64,000 nt of DNA, from contig CALZMQ010000022.1 in the NCBI GenBank assembly GCA_945788625.1, positions 30,007-94,006 of the forward strand, read 5' to 3'. The position numbers were made by a program, and so were the translations under genes. Source of the DNA: an uncultured Woeseiaceae bacterium. Its GTDB lineage: Bacteria; Pseudomonadota; Gammaproteobacteria; Steroidobacterales; Woeseiaceae. Positions 38,015 to 46,937 of this stretch are shown here, piece by piece (positions within the stretch are counted from its first letter, which is position 1; the number at the start of each line of letters is the position of its first letter). The notes under the pieces were generated by a model. The model did no database searches. It was not told where the DNA came from and was given only the letters and a program-made list of their open reading frames with translations.

Positions 38015-38568
38015 TGGATCGTTACCCGGCCGGTTATTGGGGCCACACTAACGAGGCTCCGTTGATTCCCGTAGCTCAGCTCGATGATTCCATCGCCGAG
38101 CAGATAAGTGGTGGGGCCAGAACCGACAATCCACTTGGGCGTGCCGTAAGCGTCGAAGATCAAACTTCTGCGCCGGCCCAGGCCTGTGAAGTTGAACACG
38201 TCCTGACTGTTACTGATGGTTACGCCTTGAGTGGTTGATCCGGTGGCGACATTGAAATCGTAGGGCTGCTTGTCGACGGGGTGGACCAGGGTATAGAGCG
38301 TGCTGATCGGGGCTGTGGTCATGTCGTACTTGTTGACCGTTACTTTCTGTGTGGCCTGGCTGACCGTAAGCCCATGTTCTTCGCCGGTACGGATTGCTTC
38401 ATCGCGGGCGAAGCGAATCGCGCTTGCGACTTTGTTTGCGGCCAGGTGCAGCCGCTTGTCGTGACTTGACGAGAATCCCGGTACTGCAATAGCAGCGACA
38501 ATTCCGAGAATCGTAATGACGACGACAAGTTCCACCAGCGTATAGCCGCGCTCCACTCGTGCCTTCAT
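38011..38568 (-). CDS. Minor (pseudo)pilin, GspH/FimT-like
   Basis: Prepilin motif RGYTLVELVVVITILGIVAAIAVPGF, then LAANKVASAIRFARDEAIR, which is typical of GspH/FimT. Confidence 0.8.
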   Translation of the reverse strand: MKARVERGYTLVELVVVITILGIVAAIAVPGFSSSHDKRLHLAANKVASAIRFARDEAIRTGEEHGLTVSQATQKVTVNKYDMTTAPISTLYTLVHPVDKQPYDFNVATGSTTQGVTISNSQDVFNFTGLGRRRSLIFDAYGTPKWIVGSGPTTYLLGDGIIELSYGNQRSLVSVAPITGRVTIQ

Positions 38569-38588
38569 CGTGTTCTCTCCACGAAAAC

Positions 38589-38658
38589 GGGGACATTCCT
38601 GATTCAGCCTGACCGGGCCAAACCAGGAATGTCCCCATGTGCAATCAGGAATGTCCCC
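38589..38658 (-). terminator. Stem-loop/attenuator between the major and minor pilin genes, with a duplicated 5-prime arm
   Basis: ggggacattcctg (38589-38601) is the exact reverse complement of caggaatgtcccc, which occurs twice (38624-38636 and 38646-58). On the minus-strand RNA the hairpin is followed by GUUUUCG and then the Shine-Dalgarno of the next gene. Confidence 0.5.
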
Positions 38659-38667
38659 GGATCGGGT

Positions 38668-39180
38668 TTACTCGTCGCCGATGAACTCGCCGGTGACCGA
38701 GTCGAAGCGCCAGCCGCCCGTCGAGCCGCTCGTCAGCCCGAGTACACCGGTGTTGACGACCGCCAGCGTGTTGACCGTGCCGAGCGGGTTCACCGGTAGA
38801 TCGTCCTTCAGGTACGGGCCGTACTTGAACTCGTTCGGGTCCGTACCGGTGCAGGCAAGGCCCGCCGCATTGGTGTAATTCTTGAGCTGGGCGATAAACG
38901 CCGGTTCGCCGACCGCACCGGCGACCGCGACACCGTTTATGCAGGTTGCGCCAGATGACGCGACAGCGCCCGGATACGCGTTGTGCTGTTGCCGGTACAA
39001 ATCGACAGCAGAGCGGATATTGGCGATATTCGTGTCATAGGCCGACTGATTCGCATCGTCCGTGGCTGCCGAGAATTGGGGCACGATGATTGCTGCCAGG
39101 ATTGCCAGGATAATGACGACAATCAGCAACTCCACCAACGTGAAACCATCCTGGTCTCTGGATCTTACAAGCGAAATCAT
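38668..39180 (-). CDS. Major (pseudo)pilin, GspG-like
   Basis: Leader MISLVRSRDQDG, then FTLVELLIVVIILAILAAIIVPQF. The following DTNIANIRSAVDLYRQQHNAYPG resembles the GspG ...LxLYxLDNGxYP motif. A GGGAG Shine-Dalgarno precedes this ATG; the ORF track starts at 39201. Confidence 0.85.
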   Translation of the reverse strand: MISLVRSRDQDGFTLVELLIVVIILAILAAIIVPQFSAATDDANQSAYDTNIANIRSAVDLYRQQHNAYPGAVASSGATCINGVAVAGAVGEPAFIAQLKNYTNAAGLACTGTDPNEFKYGPYLKDDLPVNPLGTVNTLAVVNTGVLGLTSGSTGGWRFDSVTGEFIGDE

Positions 39181-39293
39181 AGACTTATCTCCCGTATGCA
39201 TATCTTTAGTCCGCTACTGCAAGGGTTGTCGGCGCCTGGGCCGGAATCTTTAGGGGCTGCGTCGCTTTTTGAGCATCTGTACGGCTTCTCAAA

Positions 39294-40421
39294 TCAGGAA
39301 ACCGCGCGCGACAGCTTGAAGATCGGCAGGATGAGCGAGCTCACGAGTACGCCGACGACGACGCCCATCACGAGCAGCATGATTGGTTCGGCCAGTTTCG
39401 ACAGGGAATCCAGCTTCTTGGCCAACTGGACCTCGTAGTACTCGCAGATTCGCCCGGCTACTTTGCCGAGATTGCCGGTCTGCTCGCCCGTGGCGATCAT
39501 GTGTTTGGCCAACTCGGGCAGGAAGGTGGAGTCGGCGAATCCGGCGGCCACGCCGGCGCCCGCCTGCACGGATTCCTCGACTTTCATTATGAGTTTGCGA
39601 AACAGGGAGTTGCGCACAACGTCGCGGCAGGCTTCGAGGCTCTCCATGACCGAAACGCCGTTATTGAGCGACAGGCTGAGCACCTGCAGCGACTGCACGA
39701 GATAGATCTGCGTGAAGATGTCACGCAGCCCCGGCGTGCGCAGCTTCATGCGATCGACCGTCGTCACGCCACCGTCGCTGGCCAGCCACTGACGCAGCCC
39801 GACGACAAAGACACCGAGCCCGCCCAGCAGGACGAACCAGTACTGGCGCAACAGATCGCTCACGGCCATGAGTGCTTTCGTGGACATGGGCAGCTGGTCG
39901 TAGATCGACTCGAACATATCGCCGAATTTCGGAAACACGGCGACCAGCACGAACACGACGACTGCGAGCGAGAACGCGATCAGGAACATCGGGTAGGTGG
40001 CTGCCGACACCAGGGTGTTGCGTAACTGCTCGCGTTTCTGGTCCATGTGCAGCAACTGCTCGAGGACTTCGTGCATGAAGCCGCCGGCCTCGCTGGCCGA
40101 AATCAGGTTGACGTAGGTCGAGGAGAAAATGTGGTCGTGATCGGCCAGGGCGCTGCCGAACGAGCGACCTTCACTGATGTTCTGTGCGACGGTTTCGACC
40201 ACGGAACGCATTTCCGCGTTCTCGGTTTGTTTGACGATCGTAGTCAGTGCGCCGAACAGGCTCTCACCCGTTTCGAGCAACAGCGCAAGTTGTTCCGTGA
40301 AGAACATGCGGTCCGATGCGCTGGCACGCCTGCCGTTTCCCGGCATGCGCAGTTTGAAGCCGGCGTCTTCGTTGCCGCCGGTAGTCTCCTCGAGTTCTTC
40401 AGTGTCAAGTTGAATCGCCAA
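39294..40421 (-). CDS. GspF/PilC/MshG-family inner-membrane platform protein
   Basis: Two T2SSF repeats. A TTG at 40421 just after the ATPase stop is the likely start; the 402-aa track ORF overlaps the ATPase gene by 71 nt. Confidence 0.85.
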   Translation of the reverse strand: MAIQLDTEELEETTGGNEDAGFKLRMPGNGRRASASDRMFFTEQLALLLETGESLFGALTTIVKQTENAEMRSVVETVAQNISEGRSFGSALADHDHIFSSTYVNLISASEAGGFMHEVLEQLLHMDQKREQLRNTLVSAATYPMFLIAFSLAVVVFVLVAVFPKFGDMFESIYDQLPMSTKALMAVSDLLRQYWFVLLGGLGVFVVGLRQWLASDGGVTTVDRMKLRTPGLRDIFTQIYLVQSLQVLSLSLNNGVSVMESLEACRDVVRNSLFRKLIMKVEESVQAGAGVAAGFADSTFLPELAKHMIATGEQTGNLGKVAGRICEYYEVQLAKKLDSLSKLAEPIMLLVMGVVVGVLVSSLILPIFKLSRAVS

Positions 40422-40431
40422 TGCCGGGTAC

Positions 40432-42459
40432 CTAGGTGCTGGTGGCGCGCGAGACTTCCTCGATCGTGGTCTTGCGATCGAGCGCCCGCTGCAGGCCGTC
40501 ATGGAAAAGGTTATGGAAGCCGCGGCGGTCGAGGTAATCGCTCAGCTCGTCACGAGTCGGGCTGGAGATAATCAGTTTCTGCAGGTCGACGTCCGTCTTC
40601 AGTACTTCGTGTATGCCGATGCGGCCCTTGTGCCCCGAGTCATAGCATTGCTCGCAGCCTTTACCTTTCGCGAGCTTGACGTCGCCCTGGTCCTGCCAAC
40701 CGTATTGCTGCACGAGCTCGGGCGGCGCGAGAAACTCGTACTTGCAGTTGGAGCATATCGTTCGCACCAGGCGCTGGCCGACGACGCCGAGCAGTGCAGA
40801 CGACAGGAGATAGGGCTCGACGCCCATATCGATGAGGCGCGTAATCGCGCCGACCGCGTCGTTGGTATGCAGGGTCGAGAGAACGAGATGACCGGTCAGC
40901 GCGGCCTGCACCGCAATTTCCGCGGTCTCGCGTTCACGGATCTCGCCGACCATGACGATGTCCGGGTCCTGCCTGAGTACGTGTTTAAGAATCTTCGCGA
41001 ACGACAGCCCTATGCCGTCGCGGACTTCGTTCTGGTTGATGATGTCGAGCTGATACTCTACCGGGTCTTCGATCGTGACGATGTTCTTCTCGATACTCTT
41101 CAAGTAGTTGAGGGCCGCGTACAGGCTCGTCGTCTTGCCGCTTCCGGTCGGTCCGGTTACGAGAATGAGGCCGTGACTCGCATCGAGGAGATTCTTGAAT
41201 ATGCCTAAGTTGTCGCTCGCCATGTTGAGCTTGTTGACGTCGAGTATCGCCTGGTTCTTGTCGAGTATTCTCAACACCACCTTTTCGCCGTACAGGCCGG
41301 GCAGGGAGCTGAATCTGAGGTCGACCGAGCGCCCCTGCGTGTGCACCTGGATGCGGCCGTCCTGTGGCATGCGCCGCTCGGCGATATCGAGGTTTGCCAT
41401 AACTTTCAGGCGGGAGATCAGCGCCGGGTGCAGTTCCACGCGCGGTGCGGTGAATTCGTACAATAGACCGTCGATGCGAAAACGGATACGCGAGTGCGTG
41501 CGAAACGGCTCGAGGTGTATATCCGATGCGCCGTCATGGACCGCGCGCTGAATGATGGAATTCACCAGGTTTACGACAGGGCTGCCGGCAGCGACTTCAT
41601 CGATCGTCGAGTGATCCTCGATCTGCATGCTTTCGACGACGGCAAAGTCCTCGTCGACGTCGCCGACCATGTCGAACTGCATGTCGGCAATGCCGAGCGA
41701 TTCGCTCAGGAGTTTCTGGATGTCCTGTTTGCGCGCCAGCACGGGCCGGACCTCGCACTGCAGACGCTCGGAGACTTCCTCGAAAGTCGGCATGTCCTGC
41801 GGTTTCGCGGTTGCCAGGTACAGGACGCTGCGCACCCTGAAGATCGGCATGACGCAGAGGCGTCGCGCGACGCCGACATCGAGCGTCGCCGCGGTGGTGG
41901 GGTCGAAGAGTCCCGGGCGCAGGCGCACGAACGGTACGCCGAGCTGCTCTCCCAGCGCGCGCAGGACGTCATACTCCTCGACCCATCCCTTGTCGATAAT
42001 GATTCGGCCCATGCGTTTGCCGAGACGATCCTGGAGTTTCAATGCCTCGTCGATTCTCGCCTGGGGCCTCGAGCCGGGACCGAAGCTCACGTCGTCCGGA
42101 TCTTTGCGTTCCTGGCGCCCATCGCTGTCGAGAAAGGAAATGTAGTCCGAAAGGCCGGTGATCGCGGCGATTTCGCCGATAATGGAGTTGTGAGTCGTGA
42201 TCTTGACCCAGCCGCCGATTTTCATCAGGCGATCCTGGAGGTCCGCAAGGCAGGACAGGGCCAGGCTGTCGATCGTCTGCACCGCGGAGAAGTCGATAAT
42301 GATCTTTGAATCGCCGGCGTCGATGGATTCGTCGATGGCCAGCATCAGGTCTTGCAGCGCGTCGTTGCCGACCAGCGAAAACTTCGGCGTCACATGTGTC
42401 GCGACACCGATTCTTACGCGGGCAATGGCCGACGATGCCGTTTTTGCGGGCTCGTTCAT
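40432..42459 (-). CDS. GspE/PilB/MshE-family secretion ATPase with an N-terminal STAS (anti-sigma-antagonist-like) domain
   Basis: Residues ~20-110, KIIIDFSAVQTIDSLALSCLADLQDRLMKIGGWVKITTHNSIIGEIAAITGLSDYISF, fit the STAS pattern. A GspE_N-type domain follows (RMGRIIIDKGWVEEYDVLRALGEQLGVPFV). Walker A GPTGSGKTT and the tetracysteine CSNC...CEQC are present. ATGA overlap with the upstream gene. Confidence 0.9.
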   Translation of the reverse strand: MNEPAKTASSAIARVRIGVATHVTPKFSLVGNDALQDLMLAIDESIDAGDSKIIIDFSAVQTIDSLALSCLADLQDRLMKIGGWVKITTHNSIIGEIAAITGLSDYISFLDSDGRQERKDPDDVSFGPGSRPQARIDEALKLQDRLGKRMGRIIIDKGWVEEYDVLRALGEQLGVPFVRLRPGLFDPTTAATLDVGVARRLCVMPIFRVRSVLYLATAKPQDMPTFEEVSERLQCEVRPVLARKQDIQKLLSESLGIADMQFDMVGDVDEDFAVVESMQIEDHSTIDEVAAGSPVVNLVNSIIQRAVHDGASDIHLEPFRTHSRIRFRIDGLLYEFTAPRVELHPALISRLKVMANLDIAERRMPQDGRIQVHTQGRSVDLRFSSLPGLYGEKVVLRILDKNQAILDVNKLNMASDNLGIFKNLLDASHGLILVTGPTGSGKTTSLYAALNYLKSIEKNIVTIEDPVEYQLDIINQNEVRDGIGLSFAKILKHVLRQDPDIVMVGEIRERETAEIAVQAALTGHLVLSTLHTNDAVGAITRLIDMGVEPYLLSSALLGVVGQRLVRTICSNCKYEFLAPPELVQQYGWQDQGDVKLAKGKGCEQCYDSGHKGRIGIHEVLKTDVDLQKLIISSPTRDELSDYLDRRGFHNLFHDGLQRALDRKTTIEEVSRATST

Positions 42460-44663
42460 GCCGAGACGGCGATGGCGCCTGCTTTGAGGCCATCCAGTAT
42501 TTCGATGATGGGAACCGGTTTGCCGATGCCGAATCCCTGCACGTAGTCGACACCGATTACACGGAGGGCTTCTTTCGTTTCTGCATCGCCAACGAATTCG
42601 GCGACCATCGAAAGTTGCATGGTTCTGCCGATCTGACAGATGGCCTCGACCATGGATTCCGACACTTCGTCCGTCGTAATCTCGCGGACGAAGCTGCCGT
42701 CGATCTTGAGGTAGTCCACCGGGAGTACCTTGAGATAGCCGAACGAACTCAGGCCCGCGCCGAAGTCGTCGAGGGAGAAGCGGCAGCCGATCTCACGCAA
42801 CGCGGTCATGAAGCGGACGGCATCGTCAATATTCGATATCGCCGCCGTCTCGGTCACCTCGAAGCAGATATTCTGCGCCGGTACTCCGGATTGCCGAATT
42901 TCATCGACGATAAAGGACTGGAATCCAGGATTGGCAAACGACTGCCCTGACAGATTGATGCAGAACACGGGTTCGTGAGTCGCTATCTCGGACCAGCCCT
43001 CACCGAGCGACACCAGCGCGTTGTGCACGACCCAACGGTCGACCAGGGGCATGAGCTGGTAGCGCTCGGCGGCCGGCAGGAACACGTTGGGGCCCAGAAT
43101 TTCGCCCTCTTCGCCGCGCAAGCGTATCAAAAGTTCGAAATGCGGAGATTTCGACTGATCCAGCAGCGGCAACACAGGCTGGCAATAGAGCGTGAAGCGA
43201 TCGCTGCGCAGGGCATCCTGGACACGGCCGATCCATTCGATCTCTTCGCTTCTGCGTACCAGCGTCGTATTGTCTTGTTCGAAAATCTGGATGCGGTCCC
43301 GGCCTTCTTCCTTGGCTGCCTTGCAGGCAATTTCGGCCGCAGCCATGACGCCGACGATACCGTCGGTATCACGGTTGACCTGGGCGATCCCGACGCAGGC
43401 GGATACGTCCAGCGTTCGCTGCGCTGACACGACGGTCAGCTCGTGAATGGCGCCGCGCAGTTTTTCCGCGACGGAAAAACCCTGGCGAATATCGCAGTTG
43501 AGCAGCAATACGCCGAACTCGCCGCCGCCTATGCGTGACATGACGTCCGCTTCGCGCAGAACGCCGGTCATGGTCCTGGCAACCCGGCGAATGAGCGCGT
43601 CGCCCTCCTGGTATCCCATGAGATCGTTGACGACATGCAGCTGATCGATGTTTATGTGCAACAAACAGTGCTGCAGGCTCTTGCTTTGCGTGCTGGCGAG
43701 CGACGCGATGAGCGATGACTCGAAACCGCTGCGGTTCATCAGGCCCGTCAGGGAGTCGTGATGTGTATGGATGATGCGGGACGCTTTCTTCGCCATGACC
43801 TCGAGGAGGTTGCGGTCGCCGTTCGAGAACGTGTGCATGTCGTGCCGCGCCACGACGGCCAGCAAACCGATTGCCGTGCCATGATTGTCGATGACGGGAT
43901 AAGCGAGCAGGTTTTCGTTTCTGCCTTCGAACAGGTGAATACGCTCTTCAGCATCCGTCGCGTTGAGAACGACGCTCTGAACCTGCGACTCGACGCGGTC
44001 GTATATGGTCGTTGCCAGCAATTCGAGCAGCTGTTCGACGCCAGGGGGCGATTCGGTGCCGTTGACGTTGTGGATTTTCAAGCCACGGTCCCTGCAGATA
44101 AGGGCGGCGAGGCCGACATCCAGGTAGTCCGCACAATTGTGGACCAGCCTGACCAGCGCTTCCTGGCCTTCTTCGAAAAATTCGACCTGGTCTTTCGTCG
44201 AATAGACGAGATTGAGTTCCTCGTAGCGTTCGCCGAGCTCGGCGGCGAGCTGGTTGCATTCCGACTGCAGTTCGATCTCTTCCTGCAGGAATACCGTCGC
44301 GTCTGCAAAAGCACGGCGCAACGGCTCGGGAGCGGTCTCCATCGCGATACTGGGTTGCGTATCGTAGGTTGTGATTAACCACCCGATGGGGCCGTAGTCT
44401 TTCTGTGCGAGAGACACTCGAAACTGCATCCGCGTATCGGGCAACTGGCGCTTTTCGATGCCCGCTCCGAACGGCGACCAGACCACGACCGGATTGTCGT
44501 CCTGCGTTTCTGCGTCGGTCTGCCCTGCTACCGGAGGCAACCAGGCCCAGAACGACTCACCCTGGCGATCGCGGATTTCGAGGCCGGCGACGCCGGGAAA
44601 CACACGCGGCAACAGCCGCGCGTATTTCTGCATCGACAACGATTTGAGGATTCTCGCGCTCAC
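42456..44663 (-). CDS. GGDEF-EAL protein: degenerate cyclase motif (GGGEF) with an intact RxxD I-site, and an apparently competent EAL phosphodiesterase
   Basis: READVMSRIGGGEFGVLL. The EAL domain carries FELLIR, EVTE, DDFGAG, KIDGSF and QGF. A GAF-like N-terminal region is present. GTGA overlap with the receiver gene. Confidence 0.9.
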   Translation of the reverse strand: MSARILKSLSMQKYARLLPRVFPGVAGLEIRDRQGESFWAWLPPVAGQTDAETQDDNPVVVWSPFGAGIEKRQLPDTRMQFRVSLAQKDYGPIGWLITTYDTQPSIAMETAPEPLRRAFADATVFLQEEIELQSECNQLAAELGERYEELNLVYSTKDQVEFFEEGQEALVRLVHNCADYLDVGLAALICRDRGLKIHNVNGTESPPGVEQLLELLATTIYDRVESQVQSVVLNATDAEERIHLFEGRNENLLAYPVIDNHGTAIGLLAVVARHDMHTFSNGDRNLLEVMAKKASRIIHTHHDSLTGLMNRSGFESSLIASLASTQSKSLQHCLLHINIDQLHVVNDLMGYQEGDALIRRVARTMTGVLREADVMSRIGGGEFGVLLLNCDIRQGFSVAEKLRGAIHELTVVSAQRTLDVSACVGIAQVNRDTDGIVGVMAAAEIACKAAKEEGRDRIQIFEQDNTTLVRRSEEIEWIGRVQDALRSDRFTLYCQPVLPLLDQSKSPHFELLIRLRGEEGEILGPNVFLPAAERYQLMPLVDRWVVHNALVSLGEGWSEIATHEPVFCINLSGQSFANPGFQSFIVDEIRQSGVPAQNICFEVTETAAISNIDDAVRFMTALREIGCRFSLDDFGAGLSSFGYLKVLPVDYLKIDGSFVREITTDEVSESMVEAICQIGRTMQLSMVAEFVGDAETKEALRVIGVDYVQGFGIGKPVPIIEILDGLKAGAIAVSA

Positions 44664-45049
44664 TGCGCCGCCACCGGCCTGTCGGGTTGCTCGAGGCTCT
44701 TGCCGATATAGGACACCAGGCGCCGCACGCTGACCGGTTTTTCCATGAACAACAGGTTGTCGATGCCCGTGGTCCAGGTGCGGTGCTCAATCTCCGTTCG
44801 CGATGTCAGTACAACGATTGGAAACGTCCTGTCCGGGAACTGCTCTTCGATTGTAAGGCAGAGTTCCTTGCCGCCCATACGCGGCATATCGATATCCGTG
44901 ATCAGGAAATCGGGATGGCCGTTGCATAGCTTCACCAGGCATTCGGAGCCGTTCGCCGCAGTGTCGACGTCATAGCCGGCGTCCTCGATACCGAGTTTCA
45001 ACACGCGCACGACCGGTGGGTGATCGTCGACAATGAGAATTCGTTTCAT
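44660..45049 (-). CDS. Stand-alone CheY-like receiver protein
   Basis: MKRILIVDDHP...FLITDIDMPRMGG...MEKP. 129 aa with no output domain. Confidence 0.9.
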   Translation of the reverse strand: MKRILIVDDHPPVVRVLKLGIEDAGYDVDTAANGSECLVKLCNGHPDFLITDIDMPRMGGKELCLTIEEQFPDRTFPIVVLTSRTEIEHRTWTTGIDNLLFMEKPVSVRRLVSYIGKSLEQPDRPVAAQ

Positions 45050-45051
45050 AC

Positions 45052-46896
45052 CTAGATAACCTGTTTAACCGCGGTCGACTCGGCCCAGAGATTGATGATG
45101 AATTCGGCACCTTCGTCCCGGTCCCGATTGAGCGACAGCGTGCCGTGATGTAATTCGACGATTTGCCTCGCAAGCGCTAACCCCAGGCCATGACCCCCGA
45201 TCGCCTGAACTCGCTCATCAGCAGAGCGGTAAAACTTGTCGAAGATGCGGGCTTCCTCGGCGTCGCTGATGCCGATGCCGGTGTCGGCAACGCGAACCTG
45301 TACGGCGTCGCCGGTGTCTTCGAGCGTCACGGTCACCTTGCCGTCTTCCTTGTTGTACTTGACGGCATTGCTCATCAGGTTGGTGATGGCGACGCGAATG
45401 AGGTCCTTGTCCACCATGACCGGGTTCATTTCCTTCGGCACGTCGAGTTCGAGATCGCAGTTCGTGCCGGCGGCCATGTAGCAGGCCTCGTCATAGGCCG
45501 CGCGGACGACGTCCTGCAGTTTCACGAGGCTCCGCTCGGGCGAGATGCTGCCGCTCTCGATCTGGGTCATGTTCAGCAACCCGGTAATCAGGGTGCCCAA
45601 TCGGTCGACCTCTGCAGCGATGACGTTGGCCGCCTCGATCTGGTGTTCCCTCGACTTGCCTGCATCGCTCAAGAGCGACTCGCTGTAAAGGCCGAGTACG
45701 TTGAGCGGCGACTTCAGCTCGTGGGACAGGTGGGAGACAAACTCGGTTCTCGCTTTCCTGGCGAGTGCCTCCTGGGTTTCGTCGCGAAAAACAATCAGCG
45801 TGCCGATGGCGGATGCCGGGTTCTTCGGCGAGAACAGGGGATAGGTCTTCGTGGCGATCGACTTCGAGTACGCGGTTCGCGTATCGAAGCGAATGGTCTC
45901 GCTGAAGTTGCGCGAATTGCGCTTTGCCTGGAACTTCATGATGAGATCGAGCACGTCGGGGTGCTCGCACCAGCTTTGCGGCGCCTGGGACAACAGCGTT
46001 TCCTGCGTCACGTCGAACAGCGCGGCGAGCTTCTGGTTAGCAAACGTAACGGTCCCCGATTCGTCGAGAATCATTACGGCCTCGGGCAGGGTTTCGAGCA
46101 CCGTTTCAACGCGGTTTTTGCGGTAGGTCAGCAGCTTGCTGGAGGTGAGCAGGCGGTCCTTGTCCTGCTCCAGCAACTGGATCTTCGAGGAGGCCATCTC
46201 GACGAAGTGGTTGAAACGCCGCATGAACTCGCCGAGTTCACCGGTCGCCGAGACTTGCACCGACTGGAAGCCGTCGCCATCGATCAGCTTGCTGATCTCG
46301 TCGTTGGCGGCCCTGATTGGCCGCACTTCCATTCTCAGCAGGAAGTAGAAGAACGGGGCAAGCAGGAAAACGGGCAGTGCGACCATGGCGAGGAATGGCA
46401 TCTGCGCGAGGCTGAGTCCGGCTGACGGGTGGAGGTAGCCAAGCCGAACGAAACCCCTCAAGTCGCCGTCTTGCAGGAGCGGCGCATGGAATTCGATGAA
46501 GCGCTGGTCGCCCGAGCGTAGTTCCATATTGCCGAGCCAGGCGCTGGGTTCTGCCGGGATTTTCGCCACTGGCACAATCGAACCGCCGGCCGCGGCTTCC
46601 GCCACGGTGCGGCCGTCGCCGTCGCTGATCGTTACATAAGCGAGCCGTGTATTCGCGGCACCGTGGTGCAGCGCCTGTACGACGCCCTGCTGCTGGCCGC
46701 CCGGAACGAGCTGCTCGTAGGGTATGGCCGATATCGCGCGGGCCAGGCTCACACCCTGCGTGCGAATCTCCGCCAGCTGGTCGTCCTTCTGGTTTTGAAA
46801 CAGCAAAAACACTATCGTTGCTATAGCAAGCAATGATGCAACCACGACGACGAGGCCAATTCGATCGGCTTTTGGCAACGGACTAATCCAATTCAA
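45052..46896 (-). CDS. Membrane sensor histidine kinase (periplasmic loop, HAMP, PAS, HisKA, HATPase)
   Basis: H-box SHELKSPLN, N box NLMSNAVKYN, G boxes DTGIGI and GHGLGL. Two TM segments. TTG start. Confidence 0.9.
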   Translation of the reverse strand: MNWISPLPKADRIGLVVVVASLLAIATIVFLLFQNQKDDQLAEIRTQGVSLARAISAIPYEQLVPGGQQQGVVQALHHGAANTRLAYVTISDGDGRTVAEAAAGGSIVPVAKIPAEPSAWLGNMELRSGDQRFIEFHAPLLQDGDLRGFVRLGYLHPSAGLSLAQMPFLAMVALPVFLLAPFFYFLLRMEVRPIRAANDEISKLIDGDGFQSVQVSATGELGEFMRRFNHFVEMASSKIQLLEQDKDRLLTSSKLLTYRKNRVETVLETLPEAVMILDESGTVTFANQKLAALFDVTQETLLSQAPQSWCEHPDVLDLIMKFQAKRNSRNFSETIRFDTRTAYSKSIATKTYPLFSPKNPASAIGTLIVFRDETQEALARKARTEFVSHLSHELKSPLNVLGLYSESLLSDAGKSREHQIEAANVIAAEVDRLGTLITGLLNMTQIESGSISPERSLVKLQDVVRAAYDEACYMAAGTNCDLELDVPKEMNPVMVDKDLIRVAITNLMSNAVKYNKEDGKVTVTLEDTGDAVQVRVADTGIGISDAEEARIFDKFYRSADERVQAIGGHGLGLALARQIVELHHGTLSLNRDRDEGAEFIINLWAESTAVKQVI

Positions 46897-46937
46897 TGAT
46901 CCTTAGGTGATATCGACGGAAATCGCTGATTCTTTAG

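Noticed and set aside
39202-39293. Possible sigma-54 promoter (GG...TTGCA) upstream of the major pilin gene
   Set aside because: In aGGCGCcgacaacccTTGCA the GG and GC elements are 14 nt apart instead of the required 10, so it does not fit TGGCAC-N5-TTGC.
41900-42100. Tandem MshEN c-di-GMP-binding motifs in the ATPase N-domain
   Set aside because: Only one RLGxxLLxxGLLxxxxLxxxLxxQ-like helix (RMGRIIIDKGWVEEYDVLRALGEQ) is present. The second motif of the MshE pair is missing, so I make no claim that the ATPase binds c-di-GMP.
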